NCBI GenBank assembly: GCA_048213135.1
Contig: PS015009.1
Location: 930,001-994,000 of the forward strand
Source: Reclinomonas americana ATCC 50394
Lineage: Eukaryota
Length of the DNA: 64,000 nucleotides
Direction: 5' to 3'
Positions 57,904 to 64,000 of the stretch are shown here, piece after piece. Each line of letters begins with the position of its first letter. Within the stretch, counting starts at the first letter, position 1. A program made the position numbers and the translations under genes. Under the pieces are notes generated by a model. That model was not told where the DNA came from, did no database searches, and saw only the letters and a program-made list of their open reading frames with translations.

Positions 57904-57986
57904 TGTTTATAAGTTAAAGAACAACTTCTTTCTATAGGTAAACTCCCATCTTCAAATCATCGCATCTTCACATTTTCAAATTAAAA

Positions 57987-58961
57987 CTACCATCCCAGTA
58001 TCCACGCGAATATCAGCGGGGCCACAATGGTAGCATCGCTTTCTACAATAAATTTCGGTGTGTGAATGTCCAGCTTGCCCCAGGTGATCTTTTCATTCGG
58101 CACCGCGCCGCTGTAAGAACCATAGGATGTGGTAGAGTCCGATATCTGGCAGAAATAACTCCAGAACGGCACATCATGCCATTCCAGGTCCTGGTACATC
58201 ATCGGCACCACGCAAATGGGGAAATCACCCGCAATACCGCCACCAATCTGGAAGAAGCCCACGCCCTTGCCCGATGAATTGTTGCGGTACCATTCGGCCA
58301 GCCATACCATGTATTCAATACCGCTTTTCATGGTGGTCGCCTTCAGTTCGCTTTTGATCACGTAAGAAGCAAAGATGTTACCCATGGTACTGTCTTCCCA
58401 GCCCGGCACTACGATAGGAATGTTTTTCTGCGCCGCCGCCAGCATCCAGCTGTTCTTCGGGTCAATTTCATAGTACTGTTCCAGCACGCCGCTCAGCAGC
58501 ATTTTGTACATGTACTCATGCGGAAAGTAGCGTTCGCCATTATCGTCGGCGTCTTTCCATATTTTATGAATGTGCTGCTGCAGCCTGCGGAAAGCTTCTT
58601 CCTCGGGAATGCAGGTATCGGTTACGCGGTTGTAATGATTTTCCAAAAGGTCCCATTCTTCCTGCGGACTCAGGTCGCGGTAGTTGGGTACGCGTTTATA
58701 GTGCGTATGGGCCACCAGGTTCATGATGTCCTCTTCCAGGTTGGCGCCCGTACAGCTGATGATCGACACTTTATCCTGGCGGATCATCTCTGCCAGGCTT
58801 AGCCCCAGTTCCGCTGTACTCATAGCACCGGCGAGGGTGATCATCATTTTGCCGCCCTCTTCCAGGTGAGTCACATAGCCTTTGGCCGCGTCCATCAGCG
58901 CCGCCGCGTTAAAGTGACGGTAGTGATGTTCAATGTATTGCGATACAGGTCCTTTACTCAT
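57987..58961 (-). CDS. Deoxyhypusine synthase-like protein (possibly homospermidine synthesis)
   Basis: TLAGAMST, CTGANLEED, DSTMG, IGGG and GSYSGAVPNEKITWGK (catalytic Lys motif). Confidence 0.9.
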   Translation of the reverse strand: MSKGPVSQYIEHHYRHFNAAALMDAAKGYVTHLEEGGKMMITLAGAMSTAELGLSLAEMIRQDKVSIISCTGANLEEDIMNLVAHTHYKRVPNYRDLSPQEEWDLLENHYNRVTDTCIPEEEAFRRLQQHIHKIWKDADDNGERYFPHEYMYKMLLSGVLEQYYEIDPKNSWMLAAAQKNIPIVVPGWEDSTMGNIFASYVIKSELKATTMKSGIEYMVWLAEWYRNNSSGKGVGFFQIGGGIAGDFPICVVPMMYQDLEWHDVPFWSYFCQISDSTTSYGSYSGAVPNEKITWGKLDIHTPKFIVESDATIVAPLIFAWILGW

Positions 58962-58989
58962 AGTTGGTTGCTTTTAGGAAGGCAAATTT

Positions 58990-59183
58990 AATTACGAATT
59001 ACGAATTAGCAATTACGAATATCTCAGATACCGGTCAGCCGGTCTTTTCACAATTACTCCGTCCCGCACCGGAACCAAGGATCACACTCCTGTACATCAG
59101 CACTTTAATCACCACGCATCCATAAATAACCATACGCCCATGCCCCCAACAAATTCGTAATTCGTAATTTGTCATTCGTAATT
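58990..59183. repeat. Inverted pair of AATTACG heptamer arrays
   Basis: (AATTACG)x~4 at 58990-59020 and (CGTAATT)x~4 at 59152-59183. The same heptamer occurs at 9456-9477, ~22324 and ~30311. Confidence 0.75.
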
Positions 59184-59192
59184 AACACCATA

Positions 59193-60539
59193 ATGAAAAA
59201 GCTCCTCATCGCCGCACTCCTCTTCCCCTGGCAAGCCGCCTTCTCCCAGCAAACGATCTCCCGCGACCCGGAGATAGAACAAATGGTACGTGAAGTCTCC
59301 CCAGATTCGTTAATGTCTTATATCAAAACGATGGTGAGCTTTGGCACCCGCAACACGCTCAGCAGCACTACCGACCCCAAACGAGGTATTGGCGCTGCAC
59401 GCAACTGGGTGCTCAGTCGTTTTAACGAGATCGCCAAAGGCGCACAGGGCAGGCTCACCGCTTTTATAGATACCACCACGCTGCAACCGGATGGTAAACG
59501 TGTGGATGCACCTGTACTGTTGGGCAATGTAGTAGCTACTTTAAAAGGCACCGACCCCAACGACAACCGCGTGTTCGTCATCAGCGGACACCTGGATAAT
59601 ATGCGCAGCAGTGTAATGGACCGCACCGGCGACGCACCCGGCGCCAATGACGATGCCAGCGGCGTGGCCGCCCTTATGGAGTGTGCCCGCATCATGAGCA
59701 AACACCGTTTTCCCGCCACCGTGGTATTTGTAGCTGTAAGCGGCGAAGAACAGGGACTGCTGGGCTCCAATTTTATGAGTGAAAAAGCAAAGAAGGAAGG
59801 CATGAACGTGGAAGCCGTGCTCAACAACGACATTATGGGCAGCAACAACAGCAACGAAACCAACATCATCAACAATACACAGGTCCGTGTGTTCAGCGAA
59901 GGACTACCTGCATTTGAAACGGAAAAGAATGCCGTACAGATCCGCAACCTGGGACTGGAGAACGACGGCCGCTCCCGGCAACTGGCCCGTTACATAAAAG
60001 AAGTTGGCGAACGGTATGTAGACAACCTGCAGGTGGTGCTCATTTACCGCAACGATCGTTTCCTCCGCGGCGGCGACCACACACCCTGGGTGCAGCGTGG
60101 CTTTACCGCCGTACGCATTACCGAAATGAACGAGAACTACACCCGTCAGCACCAGGACGTACGCACTGAGAACGGCATCGCTTACGGCGACCTGCCCGAA
60201 CATATAGACGCTGAATACCTGCGCAAGAACACCGCCCTTAACCTGTGCAATCTGGCCTCCCTTGCCAAAGCGCCCGCCATGCCCGATTCTATAAAGATGG
60301 ATGTTAAGAAACTCACCAACTCCACTTACCTGTATTGGAAGGCGCCACGAGTAGGCGTCGTAAAAGGCTACTACGTGCTCATCCGCGAAACCACCAGCGC
60401 CTTCTGGCAGCGCAAATTTTTTACCACAGCAACGGAAATACGGTTACCTTATTCCAAAGACAATTATTTTTTTGCTGTGCAGGCGGTGAATGAAACAGGG
60501 AATGAGAGTTTGATGGTGGTGCCGGGGGTGGGGAGGTGA
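59193..60539 (+). CDS. M28-family peptidase with a C-terminal FN3-like domain
   Basis: SGHLD, GANDDASG, GEEQGLLGS and RGGDH motifs; signal peptide MKKLLIAA. Confidence 0.9.
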   Translation: MKKLLIAALLFPWQAAFSQQTISRDPEIEQMVREVSPDSLMSYIKTMVSFGTRNTLSSTTDPKRGIGAARNWVLSRFNEIAKGAQGRLTAFIDTTTLQPDGKRVDAPVLLGNVVATLKGTDPNDNRVFVISGHLDNMRSSVMDRTGDAPGANDDASGVAALMECARIMSKHRFPATVVFVAVSGEEQGLLGSNFMSEKAKKEGMNVEAVLNNDIMGSNNSNETNIINNTQVRVFSEGLPAFETEKNAVQIRNLGLENDGRSRQLARYIKEVGERYVDNLQVVLIYRNDRFLRGGDHTPWVQRGFTAVRITEMNENYTRQHQDVRTENGIAYGDLPEHIDAEYLRKNTALNLCNLASLAKAPAMPDSIKMDVKKLTNSTYLYWKAPRVGVVKGYYVLIRETTSAFWQRKFFTTATEIRLPYSKDNYFFAVQAVNETGNESLMVVPGVGR

Positions 60540-60631
60540 GATTAATGAAGAATAGAGAGTTGAGAATGTATTGATACCAACGCTTGGCCTCCTAGACAGC
60601 GGTCAGCCTAGTTATTTATTAAGCCTTTATA

Positions 60632-60639
60632 TACCTTTG
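60632..60639 (+). promoter_or_regulatory. Bacteroidota -7 element for island 2
   Basis: TACCTTTG, 21 nt before ATG 60661. Confidence 0.6.
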
Positions 60640-60660
60640 TTAAATCATACTATCTATTTA

Positions 60661-61535
60661 ATGAATAAAATTACTCATAAAGATTACTATCATTTACCTT
60701 CCCTAAATCATAACACAGGCGATATATGGATAAACTTACCTACTCTGGGACTTCTAAAAAGTGAGACTTGCTCTGGCTTGATTATTACACCAGCTTGTGA
60801 TTTAGCTAACCAAAAAGTGGAAACGTTGACCTATTTGCCAATAATTGGAATAGATGAATTACTGTGTTCCCGTTTTTTTTATCCAATTATACGTAGTTCG
60901 ATTATTAGGTTATCAAAAAATATTGAAGGCCATTATCTTAACCAATTCCTCGAAAAAAATCACATCCCTTCGACCGAAGAGTTAACCTTTCTCAAAGCTG
61001 AATTCAAAGCCCTCATCAAGGGGAAAAAACAGACGAAATCATAAATAGAGTTCTAATGGGATTAGACCTAGCAACCAATATTATAAATCGCAAATCCGTA
61101 TGTGTTGAAATGAATCTGTTAAAATCTTTTTTATCCGATTCTGATTTAAGTAAGATAATAACTGGAATTATCAGAAATAGCTATAGTCCAGACCTTCATT
61201 TTTTACCTACAGATTATGAGGATGAAGTTTGGTCTAAAATGAAGAAACATTCTGTAGTTATGTTTCGATATCCAATCACTGCTCCGATTGAGATATTTGA
61301 AAGCGCAAATGATATTAATTGTTTAGACTGGAAGGCTAAAATGAATGAACTTTCCAATTATTTCACGATAGCTAAACAATTTGAATATGCAAAGCCATTA
61401 AAAACATCACGTCTTGACGAAAAGTTTTTAAGTGATGCTTTAACCAGATTTGTCAGTTTGTATGTCAGGATAGGGTCACCAGATTTTAACGACGCCGTTA
61501 TTAACAAAATATCTGAAGAAATTAGTAGTATATGA
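60661..61535 (+). pseudogene. Hypothetical ~291-aa protein split by a 1-nt frameshift (ORFs 60661-61044 and 61056-61535)
   Basis: The N-half carries GDIW...GLIITPACDL and the C-half LHFLP...RL...RFVSLYVRIG. The -1 frame is open from 61002 through the GGGGAAAAAA run into the second ORF. Confidence 0.65.
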
Positions 61536-63850
61536 ATTATCTAGGTATAACATTAAAAACAGCTGAGTGGCTATTAGCCAATCACAGCCTTCTGCAATCA
61601 TTTAAAAAGAACATCCAAAGTCTAGTTACAGAAAAAGCTCTTGCTGGGGGTGTCATTGCAGCAGGGACTTTACGTGTAACAAGTAATGATGACAATGTCA
61701 TTTGTTTTTGGAACACCGACTATCTAAGTGGTACAGACACTGAAGAATGGGGATTTATTCGACTTAGTGGTGAGTGGGGTATTTTTACAGAGCCCAGTAT
61801 ATATAATGAAGTATTGGAAAGATGTCTTTATTTAATAACCGTTCGTCTTCAAGGCTTCAATTTTCCAGACGATCGGTTCATTCATAGAAACCCTGCCGAA
61901 AACATTCATACTTGTTTATCAGGTAGAGGTGAGGCTGCACGTCAATATAGTATAGGCTGGTATGATGACAACATTGAGAGTAGTAAAGGGAAATTTCATT
62001 CAGTACTTATAATTGGCCCTTCAAATATCCCCGGGCTAGCGCAAGTAATTCACTCATTAGGTAAGGTCAAGCCAGTATTAGCAAAATTGCTCGATGCATC
62101 TAATGACCTACTAGTAAAAGCCAAATTACGCCCATTACTTGATAGCAAATATTTTGAAGAATTCAAGCCCAAATTGACCGCTCAAAATACGAGTTTACCT
62201 GTAGGAAATAAAGAGTTAGACAAAAATAAAATTAACGAAGAAAACAGATATATAAGTATTAATTGGTCTTATGATGACTGGATAAAAGTTGACAGTCCGT
62301 TAACTTCTCTACAAAGGGAAATCTTAGATACCGACATAATACTAAAACAACCATTGAGAATCATAGGTGCTGCAGGAACAGGCAAATCATTGCTGATGCA
62401 ACTGTTAGTGATGAAGAGATTAAGAGAAGCAGAATCTCTAAATAACTCAATCGATATTTTTTATGTAGTGCACAATTCAGAGATGGCCCATACAGTTACA
62501 GAGAAATTTATTTCGCTAGGCGGGGGGAACTATATAAGTCAAAACTTCGCTCAGAAACTTATTATTAAAACTCTTTTTGAATACGCTTGTGAAGAACTTC
62601 GGTTGGATGACACAATGATAATGGATAAAGATGCAGCCCAAACAAAAATGTTTCAACGATATACTGTTGCAGAATGCATAGATGAGATTTTTTTAGAAAA
62701 TAAAACTTATTGCGAGAAATCAGATTTAATCAATAAAATATCCGGGAATTACGAACTACGAGACGTGTTTTCCGACATTGTCACCTCAGAGATAGGAATA
62801 GGAATTAAAGGGAGGGATCTTGCTAATGATCGGCGAAAATATGTAGAGTCAGAAAGGCCATTTACAAGGTTTCATGGAATTCTTAATAGGAATGAACGCG
62901 AATTCGTATTCGACATTTTTACCAAATACAATCACAAAGTTAACCAACAAAATAACTTATTAGATTCTGATGATATCGCAATTTCTTTTTTAGGCACATT
63001 GAAAACTCCGTTATGGAATCTACGCCGTAAAAAATTGGCTTTTGATTATGTTTTTATAGATGAAACGCAATTGTTTAATCAAAATGAACGGCAAATTTTC
63101 AAATTTCTAACAAAAACTTTTGAAACGCATTTGCCCTTAGTAATTGCACTCGATGAAGCACAGGAAATTCGTGGGGCTTCTAATGCCGGGTTTGGGATGC
63201 TGGGCATTGAACATTTAGCAAATGAAACTTTACCGAATGTCCACCGATCTACAGAAGAAATCTTAAAACTAGCTTTTTTCGTCATTCAGAGAACAACAGA
63301 TTTATTTGGTTCCGATTTTCCAGATTTCACTAATACGACAAAAACTCTTGTTACATCACGAAATGGAATTAATTCCAAACCAAATCTGATTGTCAAAAAT
63401 GATCTTGATCTACCTAATGTTATAAAAAAAGAAATTAGCAATCTTAGAAAAAAAGATTTACGGCAGATTGCCGTGATAGTTCATCCCGAACGCTACTTCA
63501 AGGAAATTGTGAAATTCTTAAAAGAAGAAAAAGAGAATATAACCGTTGCTGAAAAGAGGGGTGAATTAATTGATCCAAAGAAACCAACAATTTATGTATC
63601 CAAACCGGACTTAATTGGTGGACAAGAGTTCGATGCTGTCATTGTAGTCGGCTTAGAACATGGAGTTATACCACCCTTGATTTATGGTCATTCTGGCTTG
63701 TCTGAAGCTCTTGAACAACAAGCTTTAAGAGAAATGTATCTTTCCTTCACCAGAGCAAAATATAATTTAACCATTATTAACAATAGAAACTCTTCTCCCT
63801 CTGCGATAATTCAGCAGGCAATAGAAGAGGGTATTATAACTTTCGAATAA
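61532..63850 (+). CDS. SF1 (UvrD-like) helicase/ATPase with an unrecognised ~240-aa N-terminal domain
   Basis: TSLQREIL (Q motif), GAAGTGKS, FIDETQ, DEAQ, HRS, GQEFD and YLSFTRAK; ATGA overlap with the upstream gene; AT-rich. Confidence 0.85.
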   Translation: MNYLGITLKTAEWLLANHSLLQSFKKNIQSLVTEKALAGGVIAAGTLRVTSNDDNVICFWNTDYLSGTDTEEWGFIRLSGEWGIFTEPSIYNEVLERCLYLITVRLQGFNFPDDRFIHRNPAENIHTCLSGRGEAARQYSIGWYDDNIESSKGKFHSVLIIGPSNIPGLAQVIHSLGKVKPVLAKLLDASNDLLVKAKLRPLLDSKYFEEFKPKLTAQNTSLPVGNKELDKNKINEENRYISINWSYDDWIKVDSPLTSLQREILDTDIILKQPLRIIGAAGTGKSLLMQLLVMKRLREAESLNNSIDIFYVVHNSEMAHTVTEKFISLGGGNYISQNFAQKLIIKTLFEYACEELRLDDTMIMDKDAAQTKMFQRYTVAECIDEIFLENKTYCEKSDLINKISGNYELRDVFSDIVTSEIGIGIKGRDLANDRRKYVESERPFTRFHGILNRNEREFVFDIFTKYNHKVNQQNNLLDSDDIAISFLGTLKTPLWNLRRKKLAFDYVFIDETQLFNQNERQIFKFLTKTFETHLPLVIALDEAQEIRGASNAGFGMLGIEHLANETLPNVHRSTEEILKLAFFVIQRTTDLFGSDFPDFTNTTKTLVTSRNGINSKPNLIVKNDLDLPNVIKKEISNLRKKDLRQIAVIVHPERYFKEIVKFLKEEKENITVAEKRGELIDPKKPTIYVSKPDLIGGQEFDAVIVVGLEHGVIPPLIYGHSGLSEALEQQALREMYLSFTRAKYNLTIINNRNSSPSAIIQQAIEEGIITFE

Positions 63851-64000
63851 TTTGAATGTTGTTTCCTTATCTTGTCCCTTTCTGAGCAAGTGTTCCGAAG
63901 GATCGCTTGTGACTACCAATTTCTCCGGATTGTATACAGGTTGACATCCTCCCTATCAAACCTCAACCTCAAAAAGAATTTCCTCCCAACTCCAGTTGTT

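Noticed and set aside
61018-61032. Canonical -1 programmed ribosomal frameshift heptamer
   Set aside because: The codon phase is AAG GGG AAA AAA CAG, which does not give an in-frame X XXY YYZ. An indel or transcriptional slippage is more plausible.
63900-64000. 3' end of a minus-strand gene at the right edge
   Set aside because: The skew suggests one, but all three frames give only short, unassignable peptides.
1-64000. tRNA/rRNA genes, integrases, transposases, reverse transcriptases, prophage genes
   Set aside because: None was recognised by eye. A tRNAscan/Rfam/HMM run would be needed to exclude them formally.

Overview
A 64-kb chromosomal window from a Bacteroidota bacterium, probably Chitinophagaceae-like. 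The evidence is a SusC/SusD pair, a T9SS cargo protein and many TAnnTTTG -7 promoter boxes. Most of the window is housekeeping DNA: a CHASE3/PAS/GAF sensor cut by the left edge, carB, bcp, a biotin ligase, rsfS, ftsH, lpxH, alaS, gatB, recO, prfA, tatC, rpiB, a deoxyhypusine-synthase-like gene and M23/M28 peptidases. Two AT-rich accessory islands interrupt it. Island 1 (~9.5-15.9 kb) opens with two non-coding arrays of ~12 palindromic 22/23-bp units each. These are followed by an apparently leaderless XRE regulator, an integron-cassette-like gene (GTTAGGCGC...GCGCCTAAC) for a HEPN-like/Zn-finger protein, a Gabija-type OLD nuclease + UvrD pair, and an antitoxin whose RelE-like toxin is reduced to a stub. 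Island 2 (~60.6-63.9 kb) is a two-gene candidate defence operon: a frameshift-split 'CDL...RIG' protein coupled to an SF1 helicase with an unrecognised N-terminal domain. Other signals are a sigma54-promoter/terminator-bounded candidate sRNA at ~47.9 kb, an AT-rich patch inside alaS, an 824-N gap whose flanks join in frame, and several families of short intergenic repeats. All calls come from reading the sequence and motifs by eye; no database searches were run.
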